Origin: Negaprion brevirostris
Lineage: Eukaryota
Direction of reading: 5' to 3'
DNA: 64,000 bases
Assembly: GCA_030324005.1 (NCBI GenBank)
Contig: JARDVH010000110.1
Span: 56,637,807-56,701,806 of the forward strand
The notes under the pieces are model-generated. The model saw only the letters and a program-made list of their open reading frames with translations. It was not told the DNA's origin and ran no database searches. Every line of letters starts with the position of its first letter. The first letter of the stretch is position 1. Shown one piece after another: positions 12,150 through 24,829 of this stretch. The position numbers were made by a program, and so were the translations under genes.

Positions 12150-12570
12150 TGTTAAATGGAGTGTTGCTTTCATGCATTGCTTGGTATTGAGCTACTCATT
12201 CTTTTTCGTCCAGAGCACAGTTCCAAACTGAGGTGAGTTTCCTCAAGGGGCTCTCGACCCCTTACACATAATATGTGCTTCTCTCATCGACCGTCCTTGT
12301 TACTTCCTCAAATGGTTCAATCATTCATGATCTTCCCTTAATGGGGGTTCACACTGAATATCCTTCATTAATTGGTGCCTTTTTAAATGATGTTATACAT
12401 TATCTCTTTGCACTTTTTCCAATAATTTGCCCATGACTGAGGTTAACTTGATTTGTCTGTAACTACTTGGACTATGCATGTGATATATGTTGGGGCATAC
12501 CCTTTTAAGAGAACAGAAGAGGTGACCCAGGACTCATGCTCCACCCTGGGAGTTCGAGTCTTGGGTGGAA
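12150..12570 (-). mobile_element. Very old CR1 fragment
   Basis: aataatttgcccatgactgaggttaacttgatt is the reverse complement of the CR1 RPVSLTSVVGK region. Confidence 0.5.
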
Positions 12571-14061
12571 CTTGCCCAGTCAGTCTTGTGTTGACGATGC
12601 TAGGAAATAGACATGTTAAACAGTTCCAGTTAGTTTATTTCCACTGATCTGTGGTCTTTTATTAATCTCTATATTAGGCCTCAAACATAATAATCCCTTC
12701 CAGCCTTTTTTTAAAATTCATTCATGGGACATGAATGTTACTGACTGGCCAGTATTTATTGTGTGGGTATGCCGGCGTTGGACTGGGGTNNNNNNNNNNN
12801 NNNNNNNNNNNNNNNNNNNNNNNNNNNNNNNNNNNNNNNNNNNNNNNNNNNNNNNNNNNNNNNNNNNNNNNNNNNNNNNNNNNNNNNNNNNNNNNNNNNN
12901 NNNNNNNNNNNNNNNNNNNNNNNNNNNNNNNNNNNNNNNNNNNNNNNNNNNNNNNNNNNNNNNNNNNNNNNNNNNNNNNNNNNNNNNNNNNNNNNNNNNN
13001 NNNNNNNNNNNNNNNNNNNNNNNNNNNNNNNNNNNNNNNNNNNNNNNNNNNNNNNNNNNNNNNNNNNNNNNNNNNNNNNNNNNNNNNNNNNNNNNNNNNN
13101 NNNNNNNNNNNNNNNNNNNNNNNNNNNNNNNNNNNNNNNNNNNNNNNNNNNNNNNNNNNNNNNNNNNNNNNNNNNNNNNNNNNNNNNNNNNNNNNNNNNN
13201 NNNNNNNNNNNNNNNNNNNNNNNNNNNNNNNNNNNNNNNNNNNNNNNNNNNNNNNNNNNNNNNNNNNNNNNNNNNNNNNNNNNNNNNNNNNNNNNNNNNN
13301 NNNNNNNNNNNNNNNNNNNNNNNNNNGGGGTGGGTGGGGAAAGTGGGTGTACTCTTATCATGAATGTATCCATTACATCTTTCAGGCTTTATTTCAATAT
13401 TTCACCTATGCTCTGCAGCTACAAAAAAAACTCTAGTAAAGCATTCCCAATCATTAAAACCAAAGTATGCCTTTACAAGCACAATAGCTGTTAATATGTG
13501 TTGCTTAGGGGTCAGGCAAAAACCCTCATTACTGTCACAGTTAAATAAACTGCCAACAAAATGGTTATGTTTCAATGGCAGAAAAATAATAGATGATGAG
13601 ACCTATGAGTTAACCTATAAGCTACAAAGTAGACTTATTAAAATTCGAGGTTAAACAGCAACATAAGTCAGTCCCACAGGCTCCTTTTGGTTACAGAATT
13701 TCAAACAGATCTCAACTACAAAAAATATCAAACAGTGCAAACCTCTGCTGACTAATGGAATTAGTGGCCATCCTCACAAAATTATACATGAGAGGGTCCT
13801 GAGAGATTATCCAAAATGGAGTCATGCTGCTGTCGCTCCTTTTAAAGAAAAAATATATCTATTAATGGCCTGCAGAGGGCAGTACAGTAAGTTTCCAGGG
13901 TGTGCTCAATTGTATCCCTACTCAATTGGGCAATATCTAAAAACCTGCTCAAAATGGTATGAGGATGTGAATTATCTGAAAAGCCTGACCATGATTTAAA
14001 AATATAGCTCAGCTTAGACTCTTCAGTAGCACACTGGGCGATGACAACAGTACAACAGTAA

Positions 14062-14388
14062 CAGGCCAGCATTTAGTGCCCACCCCTAGTTGCCCATTGA
14101 GTGCAATTAAGAGTCAACCACATTGCTGTGGCTCTGGAGTCACATGTAGGCCAGACCATGTAAGGACAACAGATGTCCTTCCCTGTAGGATATTAGTGAA
14201 CTAGATGGGTTTTTCCGACAATCGGCAATGAGTTCATTGTCATTTGTAGATTCTTAGTTCCAAATATAGTTTATTCAATTCTAATTCCAACACCTACCGT
14301 GGCGGGATTTGAACCTAGGTCCCCAGAACATTAGCTGAGTTTCTGGATTAGTAGTCCAGTGATAATATCACTAGGTTATCTCTTCCCC
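14062..14388 (-). mobile_element. tRNA-derived SINE family 2 (tail shared with LINE-F2)
   Basis: Minus head ctagtgatattatcactggactactaatccagaaactcagctaatgttctggggacctaggttcaaatcc; body ggcctacatgtgactccagagccacagcaatgtggttgactc. Confidence 0.85.
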
Positions 14389-14959
14389 CTTCACTACCTG
14401 TTGGAGTGACAATTTTATCTTCAAGAATCTTGCCTAAGGACAGATCCCGACCTCATTTCTCCATGTTTTGCAGTCTTGTACTTTTCTCTACAGTTGCTTG
14501 TAGGAGCTTCCCATTTTCAATTTGATTGAGCAATACCATTTGGGAAAAGAATACATGGGGCAGTTTTTCATTGTCTTCCTCACATGTGCTTAAGATAGAC
14601 ATATGTCCTCTTCCCCACAGTGTGCAGCTGTATTTGTACCCTTGAGGTTCTAGCTCTTCCACTATCACCACTGCAAATTTACTCGCTCTGCCCTGGACCA
14701 TGGCTTATAACATTGAGCAGAGTCATCCGGGAATGGTCATCCTGCCCTTTTCTGAGTTGTACCAGACCGAGGTAAGGGTTCCATGATCAGGGTTATGAAA
14801 TATGGCCAATGGCAGAACTTTGCGACAGCCGTTTAGAATTATTACATTGCATAGAAATCAGCTGGATCCAGGCAGCAGCAGGTCCTGGCACGAGTCAAGT
14901 GAAATGGCAGTTCCATTGGAAACTCAGTTAATGTTCCATTAAAAGTAAAAAAGCTAAAT

Positions 14960-15262
14960 TTTCTTTATTAGTCACAAGAAGGCTTACATTCACAGTGCAA
15001 TGAAGTTACTGTGAAAATTCTCTAGTCGCCACATTCCAGAGCCTGTTCAGATACACTGAGAGAAAATTTAGCATGGCCAATTCACCTAACCTGCACATCT
15101 TTGGACTGTGGGAGGAAACCAGAACACCCAGAGGAAACCCATGCAGAGACAGGGAGAACGTGCAAACTCCACACAGACAATGACCCAAGCCAGGAATTGA
15201 ACCCAGATCCCTCAGCAGTGCTAACCACTGTGCCACCTTGCCACCACACTGTGCCACATTGC
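14960..15262 (-). mobile_element. HE1-like SINE, alternative (type B) tail
   Basis: Same head and body as HE1-like copies, but the tail is ...ttcacagtaacttcattgcactgtgaatgtaagccttcttgtgactaataaag. Confidence 0.9.
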
Positions 15263-16435
15263 CTGTGAGAGGTCACTTCCATGGCAACAGTGTCCACAGC
15301 TCTGGAAACTATGGGACCAGATGGAGCTCAGCATTCATTGTGGCTTCCAGTAAACTTATTTGACGGCCTTCAGAATCCACTTGACTAGCCAACCCGCTGA
15401 TTGGGTGAGCCACAGATTCAGGGTTTAAGTGGAAAGGCACTGTCTGGAGTCTACCTGCCTGATACTGAAATACATCACCAACCTGTCAGGTGTTATACAG
15501 TCTTCCAAGCTTAACACTGAGTTCAACAATTTCAGATTGTAACTACTGCTCGCATTTTTTCATTCAGTAGCTTTTTTTATGGCCAATAAAAAAGGGCCTG
15601 TTTCCGTGCTGTAAACCTCTATGACTCTACTGTTCAGGTAATGAGATCCTGCTGATGTTATGTGTGAGAATGTTCCAACCTGAAACACTGGTTCCGTGTG
15701 ATGTATTGTTTTTATTTGGATATTAGTGAGCAATGTTTGCAGGAACAGTGAGAACTCAGATCCCTCTTTCATTAAACAAACAATAAGAGTATTTATTAAA
15801 GTGGAAGAAAGATAATAAAACAGTGCAAAGAACAATCTCATATTCCAGCAAATTAACAGTAAATACTTAGTCCCTGAAAGACTGAAAACCCAAATGTATC
15901 CGTTTTCCCTGTACATAAACTCTGCTAAGAGCCCGGTTTCTCAAACAACAACCATCAACCTATTGGTAAAATATAGCCAATGATTACCATATCATACAGC
16001 GTAAGTGACTGAGATTTCAGAATGGTCTTCGGTTCAGCGAAGGAAACAATTTTTTGCACAAACTGGCTTGCCTTTAGCACTTCATCTCTAGCTGAGCTGT
16101 TTCCTGAAGATGGCTGCTCAGCTCTCTTTTTCTTGCTGCTGCTTCTTCGACACCTCAGATATGTCTAAACTGCTTCCTAGCTCACAGTGCTCTGACTACT
16201 AATGGTATCAAATGCAAAGAACAGCCTGTTCTTTTCTTTCTCTTAGGTGCTGCCCAGATATGGATTGTAAAATACAGGGAAGTTTGATTTTAATTCTGCA
16301 AAAAAAATTATTTCAGTAGCATCCTCCCATTTTGTGCCATTCATTCAAAGGGTCTGGACATCACCAGTGAGGGATACATTTATTACCAGTTTTAATTCCT
16401 CTTGATAAAGTGGTAGTGAGCCCTGATTATGATGC

Positions 16436-16680
16436 AGCCCCATCTTTTGTTTCTTTACCTGTCTCATTATCATCCCCATTTGCCTTACACCATGATCCCT
16501 TTTGTTACTTGAACTGTTTCTGTCTCCCATCTTATCTAAGACCTTCCACTTTGTTCTTTATTCACCTCACCTCTGTCCCTGCATTTGTGCTTCTTTCTTT
16601 TCCCACGTATGCTCCCTGACTTGTTGAGAATTTCAAGGATTTTCTGTATATATATATCAGATTTCCAGCAATATTTTGCC
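16436..16680 (+). mobile_element. Penelope-like terminal-repeat remnant
   Basis: Pyrimidine-rich segment ending in ttcccacgtatgctccctgacttgttgagaatttc...cagatttccagca. Confidence 0.5.
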
Positions 16681-17087
16681 ACGTGCCTGAGACTATGATT
16701 ACACAGAGCCTGGCCTTCCCCCTTTCCGGAACCCTATTAGTGAAATGTGAGCATTAAGACCAAACTGCCCAGAGACCAGCTTCAAAGATACAATCAGCAG
16801 TGCCAGGGACAAGTCGTTAAGTGACATTGGCCAATTCACTCTCATGAATTTTCTTTAATCAGTCGATTAACTTCTGCAATCCAGACCTCAAAGAACCATC
16901 TTAAAGAACTGAATAAATCTAAACAAGAAGGCACCTAGAGCAAGCATGGATAGGAAGCAACAGATTGTGTGCACTTTAGAATACTGTATGGTAAAATCGA
17001 ATGTGCATGGACATAGTACTTTTGTTCTTCTTATTCAAAGTAGAAGTCAGGAAAGAATGCACTTAATTAACGCTGATATTTTCACTT

Positions 17088-17440
17088 AGGGAAGTCTTGT
17101 GGTGCAGTAGGTAATATTCCTGCCTCTGAGCCAGGTTTGAACCGCACTCAATAGCCCAGCAAGGTGAGTGTATATTGTGGCAAAACAGCTTGATTATCGA
17201 CTTACAAATCCATGCAATATGTCCACGGCAGGTGGTAAGAGTGAGAGAGATGGAGACACCTGGTCAGCTATGCTTGCTGTGGAATGCCATCCATCAGACT
17301 AGTGATCTGTTCCAGGAAAAGATACCCCTCCCTCATCACGTCAGCAGGGTTTACAACAGGTTTTGAAGGAAGGACGCCCGAATCTGTCAGAAGCTGAGGT
17401 TGGTGGGAGGGCAGCCCGTATGATCTCTGGGGACTCACCT
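17088..17440 (+). mobile_element. tRNA-derived SINE family 3
   Basis: Head gggaagtcttgtggtgcagtagg (A-box) ...ggtttgaacc (B-box-like); the body is unlike the other SINE families. Confidence 0.55.
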
Positions 17441-17599
17441 CTTCACTTTTCATTTTCAAAGTGCTTAAAATATGTCAGGAAAACCCATCAATGCAGTTTG
17501 CCCTCTGTCTTTCTGCTGGGGACAACACTTCAAAAAAAAATGTACCCAAGATCTCAGTACAGAAATGTGTTCCAATATCGATACCAGAAATATATATTT

Positions 17600-17940
17600 T
17601 TTAATGCATTCACAGAATGTGGGCATTGCTCTCAGGCTGGGCCAACATTAACTGCCCAACCTGTGAGCAATTAAGAGTCAACTGCATTGCTGTGGCTTTG
17701 GATTCACACGTAGACCAGAACAGGTAAGGATGACAGATTTCCCTAAAGGACTTTATGGAACCAGATGGGTTTTTATAACAATTGACAACACTTTCACGGT
17801 CATCATTAGGTTTTTAATTCCAGATTTTTGTTGAATTCAAATTTTGCTGACTGCCATGGTGAGATTCGAACCTGAATCCCAAATCATGACTCTGGGTCTC
17901 TGGATTGTCCAGCAGCAATATTACTGTGCCACCGCCTCCC
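17600..17940 (-). mobile_element. SINE family 2
   Basis: Homologous to 14062-14388 and 58550-58982. Confidence 0.8.
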
Positions 17941-18335
17941 TGAAATCTCCTTTCCTCCATGTTTTAAAATTTCCCCATCATGATAATGGTATACAAAAGC
18001 CAGAGAAGCCCAGAGTAAATGTCAACCCTGCTTTTGGGAATCTGAATGTAGATTAAGGATTCCAAAAGTCTGCTGGTGGCCTCAACTCAAAAGCAGCAGA
18101 GAACAAGCTGTTGGCAGAACAACGAAAAAAGATTTAGCAAGCTTCAGAATCCTATATTCAAAATCTCCAAACTCCTCTGTGTGAGGAACTCTGCCTGTTT
18201 CAGTGTAATAAGTCCTTGGTGGCAGAAGTCCCTTCACAAAAATCCTTTTATTTACAAGTCTGATAACATGTTCAGATATGTAAATCAGTAGAGTGGAGGT
18301 TCATGGAATGGATTGTGCCAAGGCTTTTGTGGAAA

Positions 18336-18938
18336 TGGGCGGCACGGTAGCATTGTGATTAGCGCTGTTGCTTCACAGCTCCAGAGACCGCGGTTCGATT
18401 CCCGGCTCGGATCACTGTCTGTGCGAAGTTTGCACATTCTCCCTATGTNNNNNNNNNNNNNNNNNNNNNNNNNNNNNNNNNNNNNNNNNNNNNNNNNNNN
18501 NNNNNNNNNNNNNNNNNNNNNNNNNNNNNNNNNNNNNNNNNNNNNNNNNNNNNNNNNNNNNNNNNNNNNNNNNNNNNNNNNNNNNNNNNNNNNNNNNNNN
18601 NNNNNNNNNNNNNNNNNNNNNNNNNNNNNNNNNNNNNNNNNNNNNNNNNNNNNNNNNNNNNNNNNNNNNNNNNNNNNNNNNCTCGGATCACTGTCTGTGC
18701 GAAGTTTGCACATTCTCCCTATGTCTGAGTGGGTTTCTTCCAGGTGCTCCGGTTTCCTCCCACAGTCCAAAGACGTGTGAGTTAGGTGGATTGACAAGCT
18801 AAATTGCCCCTTAGTGTCCTGGGATGCGTAGGTTAGAGGGATTAGCGTGTAAAATGTGGGGATAGGGCCTGGGTGGGATTGTGGCAAGGCAGACTCGATA
18901 GACTGAATGGCCTCTTTCTGCACTGTAGGGTTTCTATG
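18336..18938 (+). mobile_element. HE1-like SINE, CR1-type tail (spans a gap)
   Basis: gggcggcacggtagcattgtg...cggttcgattcccggc (B-box)...ctgcactgtagggtttctatg. Confidence 0.92.
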
Positions 18939-19444
18939 GAAATTCAGGGTGAGGAGAATACTGTAAAGGATTCAAAGTGTTGGAAACAATTTCCAACCTG
19001 TAATATTTTGCTTCTACCATTTATACACTGCTCAATGCACTCGGAACAGCAAGGATATTTACCCTAGTTGGTTTTATCTCATCACCACAGACTTGACATG
19101 CCACAGGTTGCAGTGTAATAATCAGGGGAAAGGTCAGTGAGTAGTGACTCCCTTGTGAGGTCACATAGGAATTAACAGATAACCATCATTACACTGGTAG
19201 CTCAGCAAGAGGTTATCCTGAAACACTTTGGCCAAGCAGCTAAACCAACAGTTGCATTAAAGTAAATTAAAAATGACCACCCATTTCTCACAGATAAACA
19301 CCAAACATCGATCCAATGAACATACAGCATCAAAATCAGGTCATTCAGAAAGATCACTGACCCAAAACAGATGTTTCAACAGATCTAATGTTTCTTTTTT
19401 CCACAGATGTTACCTGATCTGCTCAGTGTTTACAGTTTTTCCTG

Positions 19445-19812
19445 ATGGCATGGTGGCACAGAGATTCTCCCTGTTGCCTCAGAGCAAGAAGTCTCACAAC
19501 ACCAGGTTAAAGTCCAACAGGTTTATTTTCGCCAGGGACTCGGATTCAATTCCAGCCTCGGGTCGCTGTCTGTGTGGAGTCTGCACATTTCTACCCATGT
19601 TTGTGTGGGTTTGCTCCAGGTACTCCGGTTTTCTCCCACACTCCAAAGACATGCAGGTTAGGTTGATTGGCCATGCTAAATTGACCATAGTGTCAAGGGG
19701 ATTAAAAGGGTAAATATTTGGGGTTATGGAAGTAGGGCCTGGGTGGGATTGTGGTCGGTGCAGACTCAATGAGACAAACGGTCTCCTTCTGCACTGTAAG
19801 GATTTGGTGATT
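19445..19812 (+). mobile_element. HE1-like SINE with a 44-bp Penelope-type insert in its head
   Basis: The head is split at gcctcagagc | cgccagggac; the CR1-type tail is intact. Confidence 0.9.
19486..19529 (-). mobile_element. Penelope-type fragment
   Basis: aagaagtctcacaacaccaggttaaagtccaacaggtttatttt is the reverse complement of the segment downstream of the hammerhead at ~51900-51940. Confidence 0.8.
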
Positions 19813-20124
19813 CCACTGACTGTTGGTTTAGGTAGGTTTTGCAGCTGAAGACATTTGCACTTGGCTGAATTAAACTAAGGGAGATGGGATTTTATGATTT
19901 CATTCTTCATTTTTAGTTGAGGGTTCCAGCAACTACAGAATTATTNNNNNNNNNNNNNNNNNNNNNNNNNNNNNATATGAAGCTCCTTATTCATCACATG
20001 TATATCACATTACTCTGTGTTTTGAATGGAAAAGCCAAAATGAATTGCCAACACCCGAACAGTAGGTGGGGACATGTTATATTTGAGAGAAAATTAAAGA
20101 TAGAATGGAATTGATGAATGTAAC

Positions 20125-20405
20125 TGTAATAAATCCTCGGAGGCGGAAGTCCCTCCGCCAAAATTCCTTTATTTGCAAGATCCAACAATACTATACAGAA
20201 CGTTCTCAGTCTGCAGAATGCATCTGGAGTGCCAGAGGAACTGACACTCCTATTAAAGGACAGAACATGGGCTCCCTGATTGGAACATCGATTTAGCTCT
20301 TAATCAGGGACAGCTTTTAGTGTCCAACCAAATAAACAAAATCAAATTAACTTAGGGTTCATATTCAAGCAGGCCAACATCAATCGCCTGATTAAAATCA
20401 TTACA
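20125..20405 (-). mobile_element. Solo LTR
   Basis: TGTAAT...ATTACA termini, near-perfect 5-bp TSD gtaac/gtgac, and AATAAA on the minus strand at ~20170. Confidence 0.8.
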
Positions 20406-20409
20406 GTGA

Positions 20410-20553
20410 CATAGTAACATAGAAATAGAAGCAGGAGTAGGCCATTCAGCCCTTTGAGCTTGTTGTTCCATTCATTTTGATCATGGCTGAACATTAAATT
20501 CAGTATCCTGATCCTGCCTTCCATCCATATCCCTTGACCCCTTTAGCCCCAAG
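20410..20553 (-). mobile_element. CR1 3' tail
   Basis: catagaaatagaagcaggagtaggccattcagccctttgag...ccatatcccttgacccc. Confidence 0.85.
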
Positions 20554-22399
20554 TGAAGCTCAAAAGTTGTAAGGATTGAAGGAGAGTCTGGGGTTCTGGA
20601 AACTAGGCTGTTTATTGAGTTTAGAACTCAATATAGTTGGAATCCAAGAAGCCTTTATACTGCGCTGGTGCCCCAACACACTGTGCCATTTGTATCATTA
20701 CTTTTTTTAAAACTGAACAATCCCACTTTACTGCATACCAACGCTGTTAAATTTCACATTTATAAAATTGACTGACAAAGAGATTTGAAACGAGAATATC
20801 CGCTGCTTTCAGTTAATAGCTCCACAGCCCGTTAACTATCTCTTGACATCACATACTCACTTGTAATGCTTAATATTAGGATTGATTTCTGTGTGTTTTT
20901 TTATCTTGTACGAACATTAAATCCATACGTTGACAAGTAACCCCATTAGATACTTGCCTTGTAAAATGGTCTGTTACCTCACTGCTCAATGCCCAGTGCA
21001 ATTCTTTACCCAACAGTCAGCATGATTAGTGTAGAATATAGAAAATTCAAAACAGTATTTTGCTATCCCCAAATGGGCTCCATCAAGCCATCAATATGGG
21101 CAAACTATTTGCATCGATGTGACACATGCTGACCCCACACAGACTTGGAACAGCAGCACATACATGTAAATTAGAGACAGATAAATTGCACACTTTCTAT
21201 TAACCTCCTGTTTTTTAGTTACATTCGGCCCTGTAGATGTAGGATCTCACACCCAATCAGGTTTCAATCAAGTGATCACCTCCCTCCCAAACCCCCTTCC
21301 CACTCACTGCTGGCTGGAATTTCCCACCCGTCAATGGTGGAAGTTGGGTTCCGGTCAAAAAGAAATGAGGGTGGAAACTTGTGGGTGAGGGAGGGGAGGT
21401 GGAGAGGGAGGGGTAGGAGGTGGTGGTGGTGTGCACAGGCAACAATATGAGTTGCAACAAAAGAATACCAGGAGACCTTCACCAGATGCAAAGATTATTA
21501 TATTTCAGGTCCAACAACTATTTACAATGGTTCTGCACCCCTGCGTCCACAGCCTACTTAATATCTCTTGATTTTCCTTACCCTATCAATATTTCCAGGT
21601 GCTTCTGTGACACCTGCAGCAGAGCTGGAGGCTGCCTGCTGACCCTTACGCTCTCTTATCTCTGCCGATTTTAATGGTCAAATTCTGGAGGCCCAAAACC
21701 TGCAAGAGCCTCGACCTACTTTAGGTCTCCTACTCTGGGGCAGATGCACCCTCTGTAGTTTTAAAGGCTGGAGCTAATGAGGCCACAGGCAGAGACAACT
21801 TGGAACACATGGACATCCTTGGAGAGTCCTGGGTGGAAGGCTCAGGGTGTTTGCCTGGGCACTCCTATTCCCTGACTGTCCCACCTGTCCCTTTCTTGTA
21901 CTGGGAGATCACACCCATGGCTACAACAATGGAGTGCAACTCTGAGTGTATCTCTGGTTGAAACTGAATGTTCTGATGGACCAGGCTTTCTAAGGCACCC
22001 TCTATCCCCTCTGTGTGAATATCTCCATGCATTCACACATCAGTGCCACCACATCAGAGGGCATGTGGACCGGCTCCTCAGCTCGAGTGCACTCTGTTGA
22101 GAGTCTCCACCTGATGTTTCCCTGACAGAAGAAGGATTAAGACACTGCACAGGCCTTATCCTCAGGTTCCAATTGGCAGAGATGAAGCATGCTTCTCCTC
22201 TGGATGCTTGGGGGAGGATAACTTTGCTGTTGGCACAGATACAGACATGGTTCTCGCGTGTCAGCTCAACAGCTGGCTTCATGTTTGTATTGTGTGAGTG
22301 GGACACATATCGGGCATGTCCGTCCCGCCTTCTCCCCCTCATGTTTGTTCCATGTTGTCTTCTACTGTGTACAGATAGATGACGGTTTATGAGTACTTT

Positions 22400-24005
22400 T
22401 GGTGCATTGGCAGGTTACATGCTGCTAACTCTGTGTCTAATAAGTGAGCTGGTTACTCCCCAAAGCCTGTCTACCATGCACAAGGCAGAAGTGAAGAATT
22501 TGAGGGCAAACTACTCTAGCCTGGATAAGCGTAGCCCCAGCAGTGTTGAGGAAGCTGGACACCATACAGAAATCTGTTCGTAATATATATAAATGATTTG
22601 GAAGAAAACGTAACTGGTTTGATTCATAAGTTTGTGGATGACACAAAGGTTGGAAGATTTGTGGATTGCAATGAGGACCATCAGAAGATACAGCAAGACA
22701 TAGATTGGTTGAAAACTTGGGCAGAGAGATGGCAGATGGAGTTTAATCCAGACAAATGTGAGGCAATGCATTTTGGAAGGTCGAACACAGATGGGAAATA
22801 TACAGTAAATGGCAGAACCCTTAAGAATACTGATAGGTAGAGGGATCTGGGTGTACAAGTATACAGATGACTGAAAGTGGCAACACAGGTAGAGAAGGTA
22901 GTCAAGAAGGCATACGGCATGCTTGCCTTCATTGGCAGGGGCATTGAGTTTAAAAATTGGCAAATCATGTTGCAGCTTTATAGAACTTTCGTTAGGCCAC
23001 ACTTGGAATATAGTGTTGAGTTCTGGTTGCCACAGTACCAGAAGGGTGTGGAAGCTTTTGGAGAGGGTACAGAAAATATTTACCAGGATGTTGCCTGGAA
23101 TGGGGGGATATTAGCTATGAGAAGAGGTTGGAGAAACTTGGTTTGTTCTTACTGGAACTACAGCGGTTGAGGGACAATCTGACAGAAGTCTACAAGATGA
23201 TGAGGAGCATGGACAGAATGGTTAGCCAGAAGCTTTTTTCCAGGATGAAAGAGTCAATTACGTGGGGGCATAGGTTTAAGGTGTGAACGGTAAGGTTTAA
23301 AGGGGATGTACGAGGCAAGTTTTTTTCCCCCCCAAAGGGTGGTGGGTGCCTGGAACTTGCTGCCAGGGAGTGGTAGTNNNNNNNNNNNNNNNNNNNNNNN
23401 NNNNNNNNNNNNNNNNNNNNNNNNNNNNNNNNNNNNNNNNNNNNNNNNNNNNNNNNNNNNNNNNNNNNNNNNNNNNNGACTTTTAAGTGGTGTCTTGACA
23501 AGTACATGAATAGGATGGGAATGAAGGGATATGATCTCTCGAAGGGTAGGGGGTTTTAGTTCAGTTGGGCAACATGGTCAGTGCACACTTGGAGGCCAAA
23601 GGGCCTGTTTCTGTGCTGTAATTTTCTTTGTACTCTTTATTCTTTGACAATACAAGACACTTGATTGACATCCCATCCAGCATCCTCAATCCTGAGTCCT
23701 TCCATCACTAACCTATGTGTCACGTGAAAGATGCACTGTTGTCGGTCTCCAAGGATACTTTAGCAGCACCACACAGGCCCATGTGCTCTAGCAGCTATAT
23801 GCACGGCTTAAGTAGCATTTGCAGGTTATTTTCCATTACAAATGCCACAATAGCTGTGCCTTCAGCATGACAGAGTCAGCAAACCAAAATTATTTACCTA
23901 CTCGTGGACTACACAAACTGCAGTGGGGTAATGAGACAGCACTCTGGCACCTTGTGATGGGTTCTTTAGGGTGGACAGTTGCTGGCCTTGTCATTGATCC
24001 CATGA
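22400..24005 (+). mobile_element. Old LINE-F2 3' fragment interrupted by a CR1
   Basis: gaagctggacaccatacag | gacaatacaagacacttgattg rejoins to the LINE-F2 sequence seen at 36000-36070. Confidence 0.65.
22570..23646 (+). mobile_element. CR1 LINE, 5'-truncated
   Basis: KFVDDTKVG, WAERWQMEFNPDKCEAMHFG and VRPHLEYSVEFW, with a (ttctttg)-type tail. Confidence 0.95.
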
Positions 24006-24829
24006 GACCTTCAGGTACTGGGGGTTGAGTACGGAGGATAAAGGGTTCACTTACCTAGTGGCACAGATGAGGTGGTTCATTCATTTCCTGCACTGCAAGA
24101 TGGTCCTCCTATGCTGAGATGTGGCATACAGCATCCTAGTGACCTTCTCCCAGGCAGGTGAGGTGAGCTGGGTGGGCCTTGTGCTCCCACCCCTGAGAAA
24201 AGGGATGTCCCTCCTGTTCTCCACGGCCTGGAGAGGCCACGAAGAACCGTGAAGCTGCTGTCTTTTGCTCCCTGGTGGACATGTTGGCATTTCAGAGACC
24301 TGACGTGATGAATGACTGTCCAGGTGCCTTTTAAATATGTTGCTTGGACATGACAGTGGGTCAAATGACTTTCTGCCCGCCCTGCCACGCAATTTGGCGT
24401 CAAGCCCCTGACTGCATAATTAATGAGGTGAGCAGCGCACGATTTGATGTACTCACCCAACCCCTTTCTCCAATGGGAATCCATCAGGGTTTCCACTCCT
24501 GCCACTGCACTTTGGGATAGGAGGAGAAAATCCCAGCCATCATTTCCACTCCCATTGATCATTCTGCTTTTGTTTTGTTGATTTAGTAAAAGGTTATACA
24601 GCTCCTGTTGTGCCTTACATGATAGCTCTCCCAATTTTATTAGAATGCACTTTTGATGAAACATACCTGCAACTACTTTCCATCGAAATGATGATAGTAC
24701 CGAATTCGCTTTGGGAATATTAATTATTGTAAAGCTTACTTTTTAAAACAAACTTCACACAAAGGTTACAAGATTGGTTGCAACTGCAACTGAGAAAACA
24801 GTCTCATTTCTGACCTTATGACGTACGGT

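Noticed and set aside
12731-13494. ORFs over 200 aa here and at 59588-60127 and 61902-62831
   Set aside because: They consist almost entirely of X from N-gaps.
18336-18420. tRNA-like A and B boxes in many places
   Set aside because: These are SINE heads continuing into SINE bodies, with no complete cloverleaf or terminator.
18402-18728. Duplicated SINE segment across a gap (similar short overlaps at 33671/33787, 54081/54187 and 56358/56472)
   Set aside because: Scaffolding artefact rather than a biological repeat.
24077-24664. 195-aa minus-strand ORF, the longest without Ns
   Set aside because: It has no recognisable domain and crosses MITE and Harbinger-like remnant sequence.
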